DNA of 64,000 nt from an uncultured Actinomycetota bacterium (lineage in GTDB: Bacteria > Actinomycetota > Acidimicrobiia > Spongiisociales > UBA4744). Location: positions 123,693-187,692 of the forward strand of contig CAVQSB010000007.1 of assembly GCA_963715305.1 (NCBI GenBank). The letters run 5' to 3'. Below, one piece after another: positions 46,740-59,147 of this stretch. Numbering within the stretch: position 1 is the stretch's first letter; every line of letters starts with the position of its first letter. Both the position numbers and the translations under genes were made by a program. The notes below the pieces were generated by a model. The model made no database searches, had not been told where the DNA came from, and saw nothing but the letters and a program-made list of their open reading frames with translations.

Positions 46740-48779
46740 CTAGTTGAATCCCACCCAGGCAACGTCGGTGAGGTCGTCAAGGCTGCTGGCCTTCAGGCCA
46801 CTTTCCGACATGGTGTACACCAGATCGCCGATCACCAGCGAGCGATGAATCTGCGCCCTACCGTCGTACCAGTACTCGCCTTCTGCTGTGCCCTTGTTCT
46901 GTCCGGAGTGCGTGACGGACCCGATATCCCTGATGCCCTCCCGATCGGCGACAACACCGATCGCTCCGGCGAACCAATCCTCGCGGCCGTCCTCCCACGA
47001 ACGGGCCTGGACCGGCAACACCGTCAGTCCCGTGGCCGGCCAGTAGAGGAAAGCCCGGTGGTCGTACTCGACCTCCGACCATCCGTCCTCAAAGGTCATC
47101 TTGTGGATTCGCTTCGGGTTGGCCGGGTCGCTCACGTCGAAGACCGCGACCTGCGTGCCCTTGGTCCGTCCCTGCTCGTCGGCATCCTGGCCGATCCCGA
47201 GGAGGAGACCATCGCCCATCGGGTGCAGGTAGGCCGAGTAGCCGAGGATCTTCAACTCGCCGAGCACTTCGGGTGCCTTCGGATTGGAAAGGTCGATGGT
47301 GTAGAGCGGGTCGGTCTGGCGGAAGGTCACGACGTAGGCGGTATCACCCAGGTAGCGGACGCTGTAGATCCGTTCGCCCTTCCCCAACTCGCCGACTTCA
47401 CCGATTTCCTCGAGGACGCCATCATCGGCGCGCAGCACCCTGACGAAACTCTCTGAAACTGTGTCGTCCCTCCATCCCCACCACTCCGGTTCGCTGGTCG
47501 TGGCCACCCGGAGATCGCCGTTGTGTTCTGACATGGCCCATTGATTCAGGAGGAATCCCTCGACCTCGCCTGAAGCCACGTACATCGCAGGCGAATCGCC
47601 GGAGATGTCGAACTGGTGAATCTCGGTGGTAACGCTCCTGAACTCCTGGGGTGCGAACGTGTCCTCGAGAACGCTCCAGTCGTGCCAGCGCTGGGTGGCT
47701 ACGTAGAGCGAATTCTGGGAGGCATAAACGGTCTCACCGTCGGCGAACAGGCCGACCGCGTCGACCGGTTCGAGACCCTCAGAAAGGTCGATGGTCAACA
47801 CGCTCAAGGTTCCCAGACCGGAGAACTCCTCGGGCGCAAAGGTTTGCTCACATTCCAAAAGGAGACCTTCTGTGGTGAAGGTACGGTTGCCGCGCTTCTC
47901 TTCGAGGACGAAGTAGGGCAGCCAGTTGTCGATCGCTGAGTCTTCGATCACCCGACGGTTGGCCCTTTCCGCTTCTCGTTCTGCTCGGAGTCCGGAGCCG
48001 GTCGGGTAGACAAACTCAAGTCCGGTCGGGTACGCATCCACCACGACGCGGGCCGTGTCGCCGACCATGCGGGCACTGAGATAGGACCCGTCGACAAACA
48101 GCGTCTTCACAACTTGCATGTCATCGGGATCGGAGATGTCGATCTCTGATAGAACGGAGATTCCGGAGCCGTAGTAGGGGAGGTCAGGGTTCCAGATTTC
48201 GGGCGCGAGGCGCACGGGAACGTCCCACTGATTGGTACGGGACATGACCAGGAGCTTGTCACCGGCCAGGAACATCTCCTGGGCCCAACCGTCCTCGAGA
48301 CGGAGCGAGCCCACTAACTCGGGCGTTCTTTCGCTCACGTCGACGTAGTAGAGAACGCCCTGGGCGATGGCCAGGATCCGGGTTCCGTCAGACTTGACGA
48401 TGTCGGGTTCGTCGACACCGGCTTCCTGGACGTTGGTGGTCGAGTAATCCACCCCGGGTTGCGAGGTCGAATTCCTTCCTTCGCCCGCCGGGACTGCTGT
48501 TGTGGCCGTATCTTCCATGGCCATCTCGATCCACGGCCCTCCACCCCAGTATCCGCCACCGAGCCCGTACGGGCCGACCATGTCGAGCGCATGTTCCTTC
48601 ACGTATTCGAGCAGCGGGTCGCAGGCATCGAAAGGCTGCAGGGCAAACGCCATGCTGACCGGCGGGCCAATTCTGTGGCTGGTTGTGGTGGTCGGGTCGA
48701 TGCCCGGATTGACCGCCCCGGTGGTGCAGGCTGCGATCAGCAGCGTCATGGTGATGAGTAGTCCGAAGATCTTTCGCAT
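46740..48779 (-). CDS. Secreted beta-propeller-domain lipoprotein (Beta_propel-like)
   Basis: Lipobox LLIAACTTG. The 679-aa protein has repeated blade-like segments. It has no frameshift. Confidence 0.6.
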   Translation of the reverse strand: MRKIFGLLITMTLLIAACTTGAVNPGIDPTTTTSHRIGPPVSMAFALQPFDACDPLLEYVKEHALDMVGPYGLGGGYWGGGPWIEMAMEDTATTAVPAGEGRNSTSQPGVDYSTTNVQEAGVDEPDIVKSDGTRILAIAQGVLYYVDVSERTPELVGSLRLEDGWAQEMFLAGDKLLVMSRTNQWDVPVRLAPEIWNPDLPYYGSGISVLSEIDISDPDDMQVVKTLFVDGSYLSARMVGDTARVVVDAYPTGLEFVYPTGSGLRAEREAERANRRVIEDSAIDNWLPYFVLEEKRGNRTFTTEGLLLECEQTFAPEEFSGLGTLSVLTIDLSEGLEPVDAVGLFADGETVYASQNSLYVATQRWHDWSVLEDTFAPQEFRSVTTEIHQFDISGDSPAMYVASGEVEGFLLNQWAMSEHNGDLRVATTSEPEWWGWRDDTVSESFVRVLRADDGVLEEIGEVGELGKGERIYSVRYLGDTAYVVTFRQTDPLYTIDLSNPKAPEVLGELKILGYSAYLHPMGDGLLLGIGQDADEQGRTKGTQVAVFDVSDPANPKRIHKMTFEDGWSEVEYDHRAFLYWPATGLTVLPVQARSWEDGREDWFAGAIGVVADREGIRDIGSVTHSGQNKGTAEGEYWYDGRAQIHRSLVIGDLVYTMSESGLKASSLDDLTDVAWVGFN

Positions 48780-48860
48780 GGGTGTCTCCCTCGCTGTTGA
48801 TCCTCGGACGCACAGAGTGGTGGCGAAGGTTCCCGGGTCGAGCCGATGACCGAATCAAAT

Positions 48861-48904
48861 GTTCACGTTCCGTTTACCCGGCGGTCGTGTTCGGGTCACC
48901 TTGA
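48861..48904 (+). promoter_or_regulatory. PHO-box-like array of four 11-nt direct repeat units (gttcacgttcc gtttacccggc ggtcgtgttcg ggtcaccttga) ~65-110 nt upstream of pstS
   Basis: GTTCAC / GGTCAC cores recur at 11-nt periodicity, like actinobacterial PhoP/RegX3 boxes. Confidence 0.45.
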
Positions 48905-48969
48905 GCTCATAGCTTGAAAACCGCTGGATTCAGTTCGGCACGATGTAGTCACCAACGAAGGGGCACCGA

Positions 48970-50007
48970 ATGATGAGACGCACCTATCGCCTGGCGGCGA
49001 TCCTCACCGTCTTTGTGCTGCTCGCCGCGGCTTGTGGCGGTGGCGCCGATGAAACAACCACGACCACCGCCGGCGGACAAGATGCAACTACGACCACCTC
49101 TGCGTCTCCTGGAGAAGGAATGCTTCCCGCCGTCGATCCGCTTGATATCACCGGTGACATTGTCACTGCCGGCAGCTCGACCGTCTTCCCGCTGTCGGAA
49201 GCGATGGCGGCCCGATTCGAGGATGAGGGCTACGGCGGGCGGATCACCATCGACAGCATCGGGTCGGGGGCTGGTTTCGAACGATTCTGCGATCAGGGTG
49301 AGACGGACATTGCCAATGCCAGCCGTCCGATCAAGGATTCCGAGATTGAGTCGTGCCGGGCGATCGGGCGCGAGCCGATCGAGTTCCGCGTCGGAACGGA
49401 TGCGTTGGCAGTCACCGTTAGCCCCACCAACACCTTCGCCACCGATATCACCTTTGCAGAATTGGCCGCCCTCTTCTCGACGGCCACAACGTGGCAAGAC
49501 GTCCGGCCGGACTGGCCTGCCAACCCGATTCAACGGTTCATCCCTGGAACCGACTCGGGGACCTTCGACTACTTCGTCGAAGAGGTCTTCGACGAGGACG
49601 AGGCTCCGATGCTGGCGGCCGGCAACACGCAGCTTTCCGAAGACGACAATGTGCTCGTTCAGGGCATCGAAGGTGACGGGTGTGATCCTTCGAACTCCTC
49701 CACGACCTGTGCGATCGGGTTCTTCGGTTTCGCCTACTACTCGGAGAACTCGGACCAGCTCAAGGTCTTGGCGGTGGAAGGAGTGGAACCGAACCAGGCG
49801 AACGTCGACGCCGGTACGTATCCGCTGGCGCGGCCGTTGTTCGTCTACAGCACGTCAGACATCATGAAGGACAAGCCGCAGGTAGCAGACTTCATCAACT
49901 TCTACCTGACCTACGTCAACGAAGAGGTCATCGACGTCGGGTACTTCCCGGCACCCCGTGATGCGCTCGAGGCCGCCGAGCAGGCATGGCTCGACGCCAT
50001 GAGCTGA
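48970..50007 (+). CDS. pstS: Phosphate ABC transporter substrate-binding lipoprotein
   Basis: Lipobox LAAACGG. PstS-family sequence (TGSSTVFPL, GSGAGFERF). Confidence 0.85.
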   Translation: MMRRTYRLAAILTVFVLLAAACGGGADETTTTTAGGQDATTTTSASPGEGMLPAVDPLDITGDIVTAGSSTVFPLSEAMAARFEDEGYGGRITIDSIGSGAGFERFCDQGETDIANASRPIKDSEIESCRAIGREPIEFRVGTDALAVTVSPTNTFATDITFAELAALFSTATTWQDVRPDWPANPIQRFIPGTDSGTFDYFVEEVFDEDEAPMLAAGNTQLSEDDNVLVQGIEGDGCDPSNSSTTCAIGFFGFAYYSENSDQLKVLAVEGVEPNQANVDAGTYPLARPLFVYSTSDIMKDKPQVADFINFYLTYVNEEVIDVGYFPAPRDALEAAEQAWLDAMS

Positions 50008-50078
50008 TCAACTCCATGCGGCGGGGCGGGTGGACCCAATGAGGTGTTCCCGCCCCGCGCGAGAACGCTAGGACCACC

Positions 50079-51050
50079 ATGGCCACCGAAGTACCAACCG
50101 CCGGAGACCTACGGGCGAACAGCCTGAAGAAGCGTCCGCGCCCGGTCGAGATGCTGATCCAAGGGTCGCTGTTCGTGGCAGCCGCCACTTCGGTCGTCAC
50201 CACCATCGGGATCGTTTACGAACTGGGCAAAGAGGCGTTGCTCTTCTTCCAGACCGATGATGTGACACTGGGTGAGTTCTTCTCCTCGACCACTTGGCAG
50301 CCGGCCATCCTCGATTTCGGAATCTGGCCCCTGGTCCTCGCCACCGTGATGGTCAGCGTGATCGCCATGGTGGTGGCGCTGCCGATCGGCCTGGCGACCG
50401 CTATCTACCTCAGCGAGTATGCCTCGGAGCGGTCCCGGGGGATCCTCAAACCCATCCTCGAGGTGCTGGCCGGTGTTCCGACCGTCGTGTACGGGTATTT
50501 TGCGCTGACCTTCATGACCCCGCTCCTCCGTTCGATTCTTGGTGACGGGGTGGTGGAAATCTTCAACGACGCCTCGGCCGGCATCGTGGTTGGGATTCTG
50601 ATCGTTCCTCTCGTCAGCTCGATGGCCGAAGATGCCTTGCACGCTGTGCCCATGTCGCTGCGGGAGGCGGCTCATGCATTGGGGGCAACCAAGCTGGAAA
50701 CGGCACTACGGATCGTGGTCCCGGCTGCTCTGTCGGGTATCGCCGCCGCTTTTGTAGTTGCCATCTCCCGGGCAATTGGGGAGACGATGGTGGTCGCGAT
50801 TGCGGCAGGTGCCGGGCCCAAGAACTTCACCTTCGGACAAGACGGCCTCTTCTCCTACATTCTCAACCCTTTTGTTGCAGGCGAGACCATGACCGGGCAC
50901 ATCGTGCGGATCAGCGGCGGTGACCTCAGCTACGACTCCATCGACTACAACAGCATCTTCGCCATCGGTCTGACGCTGTTCGTGATCACCCTGGTCCTGA
51001 ACATGCTGAGCCGGCGGTTCGTCGCCCGCTTCCGTGAGGTGTACGAATGA
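50079..51050 (+). CDS. pstC: Phosphate ABC transporter permease PstC
   Basis: 323 aa with 6 TM helices and the EAAxALGA motif region. Confidence 0.85.
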   Translation: MATEVPTAGDLRANSLKKRPRPVEMLIQGSLFVAAATSVVTTIGIVYELGKEALLFFQTDDVTLGEFFSSTTWQPAILDFGIWPLVLATVMVSVIAMVVALPIGLATAIYLSEYASERSRGILKPILEVLAGVPTVVYGYFALTFMTPLLRSILGDGVVEIFNDASAGIVVGILIVPLVSSMAEDALHAVPMSLREAAHALGATKLETALRIVVPAALSGIAAAFVVAISRAIGETMVVAIAAGAGPKNFTFGQDGLFSYILNPFVAGETMTGHIVRISGGDLSYDSIDYNSIFAIGLTLFVITLVLNMLSRRFVARFREVYE

Positions 51051-52402
51051 CCCGCCCGGTTCCCGACGCGTATCCTGAGGGGGCGGAACTGAGCCGGGCC
51101 ATCGCGAGGCGGCACCGCCGGGGCACTATCTTCAAATTCAGCTTTGTAGTGGCCCTGATGCTCGCCGTTATTGCGCTACTCACGTTGCTCCTCAAGGTCA
51201 TCGATTCGTCTTTCGGGTATGTTGCACTGCAGAACGAGGTGCAGCCGCGCGAACTGGTTGTCCGCCTCGGCTACGGGGAGGACGTCGACCTCGTTGACCT
51301 GTCGAAATCGGATCTGGTTGCTCTCCTGCAACAGACGGTCACCAACAACGTCGGTCGCCGATTGGAGCGCGATCAGCGGTTCTTCGACGATCGCTTGGTC
51401 TTCGAGTCCGAGGCGAAATACGCCGAGCTGTGCTCCGGCGCCGAGCCGGTCGCGGGCTGTTCGGCGCCCGCGCGGGATCAGGCGGGTGTGTATCAACTCG
51501 TGGTGGAACGAGTCGTGCAGCCGACTGTCCTGAAGACGTGGACCCTTTTCGAATCCGTGCTGTCCGGTCGCGAGGTTCAGGCCGATGCAGCGACAGAATT
51601 CCCTGAGGCTGAGCTGGTATTTCGGTCCTGGCTGAGCGGACGATTCCTGGTCAGCCCGCAAGCACCCGACCCGGCCGTGGCAGGCGTGCGCACGGCCGTG
51701 TTGGGCTCGCTCTGGATCGTCGCGATCACACTTGTCTTCTCGTTCCCGGTCGGGGTGGGGTCGGCCGTCTACCTGGAGGAGTACGCGTCGGACAACCGGA
51801 TGAACCGGCTGATACAGACCAACATCAACAACCTCGCCGGGGTGCCATCGATCATCTACGGAATGCTCGGTCTGGCGATCTTCGTTCGCGCCCTCGAGGG
51901 GTTTTCGAGCGGAGCCTGGTTCGGTGTCGGTGAAGGCACGACCGCCAACGGACGGACCATCGTTGCGGCCGGCCTAACGCTGGGTTTGCTCATTTTGCCC
52001 ATCATCATCATCAATGCTCAGGAGGCCATTCGGGCCGTCCCCCGGTCACTCCGTCAGGCCGGCCTGGCCCTGGGCGCCACCAAGTGGCAGACCACCCGCG
52101 CGCATGTGCTGCCCAATGCCCTGCCGGGGATTCTCACCGGCACGATCCTGGCCGTTGCCCGGGCCCTTGGCGAGACGGCACCGCTGGTGGTGGTGGGGGC
52201 GTCGACCTTCATCACAACCGATCCCAGCGGGCCGTTCTCGAAGTTCACGGCCCTTCCGATTCAGATCTTCCAGTGGACATCCCGCCCCCAGGACGAATTC
52301 CGGAACATTGCGGCGGCTGCCATCCTGGTGTTGCTGGTCATGCTGTTGACCCTCAATGCGACTGCCGTGATACTTCGCAACCGATACGCAAGGAGAATGT
52401 GA
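51047..52402 (+). CDS. pstA: Phosphate ABC transporter permease PstA (long form)
   Basis: 451 aa with the [13 protein letters not shown] motif. Confidence 0.85.
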   Translation: MTRPVPDAYPEGAELSRAIARRHRRGTIFKFSFVVALMLAVIALLTLLLKVIDSSFGYVALQNEVQPRELVVRLGYGEDVDLVDLSKSDLVALLQQTVTNNVGRRLERDQRFFDDRLVFESEAKYAELCSGAEPVAGCSAPARDQAGVYQLVVERVVQPTVLKTWTLFESVLSGREVQADAATEFPEAELVFRSWLSGRFLVSPQAPDPAVAGVRTAVLGSLWIVAITLVFSFPVGVGSAVYLEEYASDNRMNRLIQTNINNLAGVPSIIYGMLGLAIFVRALEGFSSGAWFGVGEGTTANGRTIVAAGLTLGLLILPIIIINAQEAIRAVPRSLRQAGLALGATKWQTTRAHVLPNALPGILTGTILAVARALGETAPLVVVGASTFITTDPSGPFSKFTALPIQIFQWTSRPQDEFRNIAAAAILVLLVMLLTLNATAVILRNRYARRM

Positions 52403-52403
52403 A

Positions 52404-53239
<836 letters not shown>

Positions 53240-53243
<4 letters not shown>

Positions 53244-53914
53244 CAGCACCGAGACGCCATTTTCACGTTGAGCTCGCGTCGATCGAGCACGAGTTGGTGC
53301 TGATGGCCGGTTTGGCCGAGCAGGCGGTGGGAAGAGCGGTGAGCGCCCTGGTTCGAAACGACGGTTCCCTCGCCGGCGATGTTGTTGCCCGGGACGCAGA
53401 TATTGACGAGAAGTACCTCCTGATACATCAGAAGTGGCTGGAGACGATGGCCCTGCAAACTCCGGTCGCCGGAGACCTGCGTCTCATGTCTGCGGTTCTC
53501 CACCTCTTGGTGACGCTGGAACGAATGGGAGACCAGGCAGCCAATATCGCCAAGATCGTCAGCGCCATTGACGGACACGCCCGCGAGCCATCGATTCTCG
53601 AGCAGCTTCAGGAGATGGGCGATCTGGTGCAACCCATGGTGAGAACGGCTATGGAAGCCTTCGTCCAGAGAGATCTTTCCCTGGCGTTACAGGTCCCGGA
53701 GATGGACGAACCGGTGAACCGGCTGAATCGCAGTATGGCCCAGGAAGTTGCTCGATGCGCCCCGGACCAGGATGTTCTCGAGTGGGCGGTCCCGATGTTG
53801 ATGGTGTCGCGGGCGCTCGAACGGGTCGGGGACCAAGCCGTGGACATTGCCGAGCAGGTGGCGTTTCTGCTCACCGGCGAGTTTCAGGAGTTCACCCGAC
53901 CGGACACCGAGTGA
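53240..53914 (+). CDS. phoU: Phosphate signalling complex protein PhoU
   Basis: Two PhoU repeats are present. Confidence 0.85.
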
Positions 53915-53915
53915 C

Positions 53916-54623
53916 ATGACCGACCGTACCCGGCGGATCCTCATTGTCGAGGACGAAGCGAGCCTGGCAGATTCCATCCGGTATAACCTCGAACGCGAAG
54001 GCTACGAAGTGATGGTCGCCTCCGACGGGCGCAATGCCGTTCGGATGGCACGAGAGCAACCGCCCGACCTCGTATTGCTCGACCTGATGCTGCCGACGAT
54101 GTCGGGCCTCGATGTGTGCCGGTCCCTGCGGGCCGAGTCGAATGTACCGATCATCATTGTTACGGCCAAGGATGGCGAGGCGGACAAGGTGGCAGGCCTC
54201 GAGTTAGGAGCCGACGACTATGTCACCAAACCATTCGCGATGCGGGAACTGATTGCCCGCGTCGGAGCCAATCTGCGCCGGGTGACCATGATCGAACCTG
54301 CTCCCGGCCCGGATGAAGACGAGATACTCGAAGGCGGCCCGATTCGGCTGAATATCTCCCGTCACGAGGCGACCGTGCGAGGAAGAGAGGTCAGTTTTCG
54401 CCCGAAAGAGTTCGAACTGGTCTCAGCTTTCTTGAGCCGGATGGGCCGTCTCCTCAGCCGGGATTTCCTGATTGACGAGGTATGGGGCCCCGGACACTAC
54501 GGCGATATGAAGACTCTGGATGTCCATATCCGTCGTATCCGCAAGAAGATCGAGGAGGACCCGCATCGGCCTGTACATCTGGTGACGGTGCGGGGCCTCG
54601 GATACAAATACCTCGATGGCTGA
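53916..54623 (+). CDS. OmpR-family response regulator (RegX3/PhoP-type)
   Basis: ATG 53916. It has a receiver domain (ILIVEDE...DLVLLDLMLP) and a winged-helix C-terminus. Confidence 0.85.
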   Translation: MTDRTRRILIVEDEASLADSIRYNLEREGYEVMVASDGRNAVRMAREQPPDLVLLDLMLPTMSGLDVCRSLRAESNVPIIIVTAKDGEADKVAGLELGADDYVTKPFAMRELIARVGANLRRVTMIEPAPGPDEDEILEGGPIRLNISRHEATVRGREVSFRPKEFELVSAFLSRMGRLLSRDFLIDEVWGPGHYGDMKTLDVHIRRIRKKIEEDPHRPVHLVTVRGLGYKYLDG

Positions 54624-56345
54624 GCGACCCCGCAAGACCCTCGTCGGCCGTCTCTTGACGTGGTACGCGGTCACCGTCGTGATGCTGCTCGTCGTACTCG
54701 GTCTGCTCCTCAACAGCGTTCTCAAGGTCCAGTTGATCGACGATCTCACGCAGTCGCTGGAGTCTCAGGCATTGCTCTTGCGAGCGATCGTCGACTCCGA
54801 ACGCGACCTCGAAGGAGCGGTCTCCGACTGGGCCCGCGTCGAGAGCTTGCGGGTCACTGTGATCGACTCGAGCGGCACGGTCCTGGCCGACTCATCGCGC
54901 GACCCGCGAGGAATGGCGAACCATGCCGATCGGCCGGAAGTTCGCGCCGCACTTACTGGGGTGACGGGCGTCTCATCGAGGATCAGTGAAAGCGTCGGCG
55001 TGGAATACCGCTACGTTGCAGTTCCCCCCAACAATGACGGATGGATCGTCAGGGTGGCGGAACCGGTGAGCGTGATCGGCGAGCGTCTCCAACGGCTGCG
55101 ATTGGCGATAACGTGGGCCGGGATAGGGGCGGCCCTGCTTGGACTCGGCGCTGTGTGGCTGGGTGCCCGAAGGATCGTTCGGCCCATACGGCAGGTGACC
55201 GAATCGATTGTGAGGATGGCCTCCGGAGACGGTCCGGCAAAGATCGACGGAGCCGACTCGGCCGAATTGCACGCCATGGCCGGGGCCGTTGACCGGATGG
55301 CGGACGAACTGTACAAACGAGCCCGGCTGAGTGAAGAAGATCTCCGATCTCGGGAAGGGATCCTCGACGTACTCGATGAAGGCGTCATCCTGATTTCGAT
55401 CGACAACGAAGTTGCGTTTGCCAACAGCTGGGCGCACACAACGCTGGGAAGCCGCTCCGGGCTGGCCGAGCTGCCCGGACCGCTGCAGGAACTCGCCGGG
55501 TCGGCTCGATCCGCCTCCGATCCCGTTCACCGAGAATTCGTGTTCGGCGTTCCCGGCCGTCGTCTGGCCGCGACGGCCGTGTTGCCCGACGCGGAGGGAA
55601 GTGTGCTGCTTGTGCTGCAGGACGTGACAGAGGCCGCCCGGGTGGAGGCTATGAGGCGGGACTTCGTAGCCGACGCATCGCACGAATTGAAGACCCCGAT
55701 TGCCGCCATTCGAGCGGGCGCCGAGACCATCGTCCGGGCCATTGACGAGGACCCGGCCGCAGCCAGGACGTTTGCCGAACAGGTGGAAGCCGACTGCGAT
55801 TCGCTTGGGGCGGATCGTGGTAGATCTGCTCGATCTTTCGCGCCTCGAGACAGAGGAGCTGGTTTTCGAAGGGGTGCGGTTGGACCAAATCGTTGTTGAT
55901 GAAGTAGCGCGCCTCGATGATGCCGTCGACGAGGCGCGCGTGGAGTTCAGTCTGGATGTGGTATCGGTGACGGTTTCGGGAAGTGGACCCGATCTGCGTC
56001 TGGCCACTCGCAATCTCCTCGATAATGCGCGACGGTACGCGGCAGGCGGCCGGGTCGTGGTCGGAGTCCGGCAGGTGGGCGAGCGAGGCCGTCCTCGAAG
56101 TAGCCGACGATGGTGTGGGGATCCCGAGTCGCGAGCTGCCCGCGAATTTTTGAGCGTTTCTACCGCGTCGATGTTGCCCGATCGCGGCACACGGGTGGGA
56201 CCGGCCTCGGGCTGGCGATTGTCAAGCATGTGGCAGAACGCCACGGCGGCCGTGTGGAGGTCGAGAGTGAGCTGGGGGCAGGCTCGACGTTCCGTCTGGT
56301 ACTTCCGCTCACCGGAAAGATGTCGACGTCAGTTCCGAGGTCTGA
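54616..56345 (+). CDS. Sensor histidine kinase (SenX3/PhoR-type); ≥2 frameshifts (~55800, ~56090); 3' end approximate
   Basis: TM, HAMP, PAS-like region and H-box HELKTP in ORF 54616. The N/G boxes are in ORFs 55700 and 56110 ([19 protein letters not shown]). The long continuation of ORF 56110 is antisense shadow of the 56383 gene. Confidence 0.7.
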
Positions 56346-56382
56346 CTTCCGGTTCCGGTCGAGAGGGAGCCTGATGGGGCTC

Positions 56383-57057
56383 TTATTCGCGGTCCGCTTT
56401 GGCCTCGTCGTAGTAGTCGAGACGATCGATCGGCATGACCAGCGATGTGAGGATATTCATGAGATGAGCTGTGATCCGTTTCAAGTATCGATAGAGCAAC
56501 GCCCGCGGCACCGCCTCGCGACCCGGCTTGTCGGTCTGGAGTTGCTCATCGACGAGTTCATCGAATTCATCTTGCAGATCGTCGCCGCCCTTGAGGAGGG
56601 CGTGGGCCATTTCGAGATCTTTCTCGCCGAACACCCGGGCGGTCTCCCCGATGAGCTTGGAGATTCGATCCCGGTAGCGGGTCAACACACCAATGTCCTC
56701 GGCACCGGAGAGATCGATCCCACTGTTGGCGATATCCCAGATGTTCTTCGAGTAGTCGCCGATCCGTTCTGCATCCTTGACGACGCTCATCGACGCCAGT
56801 ACGAGGGGGATGTCGGCGGAGGTACCCCGCACGCTGACGTGGACGACCAACTCCCGCCGCACGGCCCGCTCTGCCTTGTTCACGCCCTTGTCGGTCTTGC
56901 GGATGTCCTTGCCGACCAACGACGGGTCGGTCCCGCCGATCAGGGCATTGATGGCGGTGTCGAAGGTGTGCCGGTCGTCGAGGATCATCTGGCGGATCTG
57001 CGCTTCGATCCGCTCGAGTTGCGCGTCTCCACCTCCCCGGAAGAAGTCAAGCACCAT
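56383..57057 (-). CDS. PhoU-like (DUF47 / PhoU_div) regulator of Pi transporter
   Basis: 224 aa with a TIGR00153-like sequence. It lies downstream of the Na/Pi symporter gene. Confidence 0.7.
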   Translation of the reverse strand: MVLDFFRGGGDAQLERIEAQIRQMILDDRHTFDTAINALIGGTDPSLVGKDIRKTDKGVNKAERAVRRELVVHVSVRGTSADIPLVLASMSVVKDAERIGDYSKNIWDIANSGIDLSGAEDIGVLTRYRDRISKLIGETARVFGEKDLEMAHALLKGGDDLQDEFDELVDEQLQTDKPGREAVPRALLYRYLKRITAHLMNILTSLVMPIDRLDYYDEAKADRE

Positions 57058-57071
57058 GGTTCACTCCAATC

Positions 57072-58214
57072 TCATTGCAGTATCAGTATCCCAATCACGG
57101 GGACCAAAACGAAGGCCCCGATCACATAGACGATGACGAGCGATTTCCTGACTTCCGCAACTGCGGCAAGCTTCTGAGCCAGGAACAGAGGAATTCTTCT
57201 GAGTTGCGGGATCGGATAGAACAGCAGGATGCCGCTGATGTTGAACAACGTGTGGACCAGGGCGATGACCAGACCTTCGGGCCGTTCGGTGGCGAGGGAG
57301 GCCAGGAGAGCCGTGACCGTGGTACCAACGTTGGCTCCGAGCGTGATCGGGTAGGCGTTGCTGAGCGTGAGAACCCCGGCTGCGATCATGGGGATCAGCA
57401 CCGACGTAGTGATGCTCGAGGACTGCACCGCCACCGTCATGATGAGACCGATGGCCATGGCGGTCACACCGCCGCCTTTGGCCAATACCGCGTTCATGGA
57501 CCGTTCGATGTTCCCGGCGACGACCAGTTTCATATTGCGGGTTATGTAGGCCAGTGCCAAAAAGATGAACCCAAGTCCCACGATGAGTAACAAAATGCCC
57601 ATCAGGGTGTCGCCGGCACCGAGGCTCTCGAAAGTGTTTTCGAGCAGCTTGACCGGTGCTTTGACGGCCGCCTTGATCGGGCTGTCCGGGGCCTCGAACC
57701 CTGCGGTGCTCGACCTACCCAACCATCCCGCCAATGCTTCTGCGGATTTCGACAGGAACTTGGTGGCGAGTTCCAGCGGGAGCAGCGCCGCTACCGCCAT
57801 GATATTGAAGAAGTCATGCATGGTGGCGCCTGCGAACGCCCGTCGGAACTCGGTGCTGCGGCGCAAGTATCCGAGTGAAGCGAGGGTGTTGGTGACCGTC
57901 GTTCCGATGTTGGCGCCCATGATCATCGGCACCGCCAGGGGAACGGTCAGCGTTCCGGCTCCGACCAGACCGACGATCGTGGCGGTCGAGACCGACGAGG
58001 ACTGCACGAGGACCGTCGCCAGGATGCCGACAAAGAGACCGGCCAGCGGATTGGAGACGCCTGCGAAGAGAGAGTCGGTGAAGTCCTCCCCGAGCCCCTG
58101 GATGCCGGTCTCGAGCGCTTTGACCCCGACGAGGAACAGGTAGAGGAGGAACAGCACCAGGATCACGCGGACCCGGACCGGGATGGTGCGCCTGGTTGTG
58201 GTCTCGTCCGTCAT
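57072..58214 (-). CDS. Na+/phosphate symporter (NptA / Na_Pi_cotrans family)
   Basis: Start is MTDETTT (ATG 58214). It has two Na_Pi_cotrans repeats (QSSSVSTA.. / VQSSSITTS..). The 110-aa upstream extension in the ORF track is non-coding-like. Confidence 0.8.
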   Translation of the reverse strand: MTDETTTRRTIPVRVRVILVLFLLYLFLVGVKALETGIQGLGEDFTDSLFAGVSNPLAGLFVGILATVLVQSSSVSTATIVGLVGAGTLTVPLAVPMIMGANIGTTVTNTLASLGYLRRSTEFRRAFAGATMHDFFNIMAVAALLPLELATKFLSKSAEALAGWLGRSSTAGFEAPDSPIKAAVKAPVKLLENTFESLGAGDTLMGILLLIVGLGFIFLALAYITRNMKLVVAGNIERSMNAVLAKGGGVTAMAIGLIMTVAVQSSSITTSVLIPMIAAGVLTLSNAYPITLGANVGTTVTALLASLATERPEGLVIALVHTLFNISGILLFYPIPQLRRIPLFLAQKLAAVAEVRKSLVIVYVIGAFVLVPVIGILILQ

Positions 58215-58315
58215 GATCGTACCTGATCGGCTCTGCCGTCGCGGGCCTTGTTGTCGGCAACAGCATAGATGTCTCGTGTGCCGCGCGAACCGGCACGGAT
58301 GCGTACGCTTCAGGA

Positions 58316-59011
58316 GTGGAGAACGCTGTGCCCAGGGTGGCGGTGACCGCCAGTATCGAAGCCTCGGCCGGAATGGCCGCCGAGCTGGTGGCGGTCGGGC
58401 TTCGTCCGGTTGCACTTCCGTGTGTTCGCATTCAGCAGGCTGATGACGTCGATCTGGCGCGCGCCCGTGCCTCGGCCGAAGAGGCCGACCTTGTGGTTCT
58501 GACATCCTCGCGGGCGCTCGACGTCCTGTGGCCCGACGGTCCAATTCCGGCCACGCCGATTGCCGTGTTGACGCCCGCCGGAGCGGCCCGGGTCGAGGAG
58601 CGGGGCGGCCGGGTGGCCCATGTCGGAACCGGGAACCCTTCTGACTTCACGGCCTATCTCATCCGCAAAGCGGCAGGTCGGCGAGTTGCCTATCCGCATG
58701 ATGAAGGCATCGATCCACGGATCACGATCTCGCTTGCGGACGCAGCAGAAGAACTGGTAGCGGTTGCCGTGTACGGATGGGTCCCGGTGGCCCCTTCGCT
58801 CGATGAGGTAGAGGCGGTGGTCTTCGAGTCTTCGCTGGCGGTAGAGGGATGGGTGGAGGCGCGTGACCTGGCGGGGGTTGTCGCCGCAGCGATCGGTCCG
58901 GCGACTGCCGCGGCTCTGCGACGGTACGGCCGCGGTCCGGACATCCTGATTCGCCGCCCCCACTTCGAGATACTGGCCGAGACCCTCGCCAGCGCCTTGC
59001 TGGCCGGCTAG
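58316..59011 (+). CDS. Uroporphyrinogen-III synthase (HemD)-like protein
   Basis: HemD-family-like sequence (…VLTSSRALDVL…). The assignment is tentative. Confidence 0.45.
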   Translation: MENAVPRVAVTASIEASAGMAAELVAVGLRPVALPCVRIQQADDVDLARARASAEEADLVVLTSSRALDVLWPDGPIPATPIAVLTPAGAARVEERGGRVAHVGTGNPSDFTAYLIRKAAGRRVAYPHDEGIDPRITISLADAAEELVAVAVYGWVPVAPSLDEVEAVVFESSLAVEGWVEARDLAGVVAAAIGPATAAALRRYGRGPDILIRRPHFEILAETLASALLAG

Positions 59012-59124
59012 CTCCGCCCTCCCCCCTGACGAGCGAAGCGAGTCGGTTGGCGGGAGTACCCGAGCGCAGTGAGGGGGTGGGGGGCCGGGGGGTTGGATCC
59101 CACCAATATCAGTTTGGCAAGAGC

Positions 59125-59147
59125 CAGTTGCTCGCCACTAGCAACTG
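59125..59147. terminator. Hairpin cagttgc-tcgccacta-gcaactg between convergent genes
   Basis: A 7-bp perfect stem adjacent to the heptad repeat. Confidence 0.35.

Noticed and set aside
56110-57129. Long plus-strand ORF continuing ~800 nt beyond the histidine kinase ATPase domain
   Set aside because: Beyond ~56345 it has no kinase similarity and is exactly antisense to the PhoU-like gene 56383-57057. It is a high-GC antisense shadow ORF. The real HK stop is hidden by a frameshift.
59064-59095. G-quadruplex motif gagggggtggggggccgggggg near the hemD-like 3' end
   Set aside because: There are only three long G runs plus a GG. G-rich runs are frequent in 65% GC DNA. There is no evidence of function.
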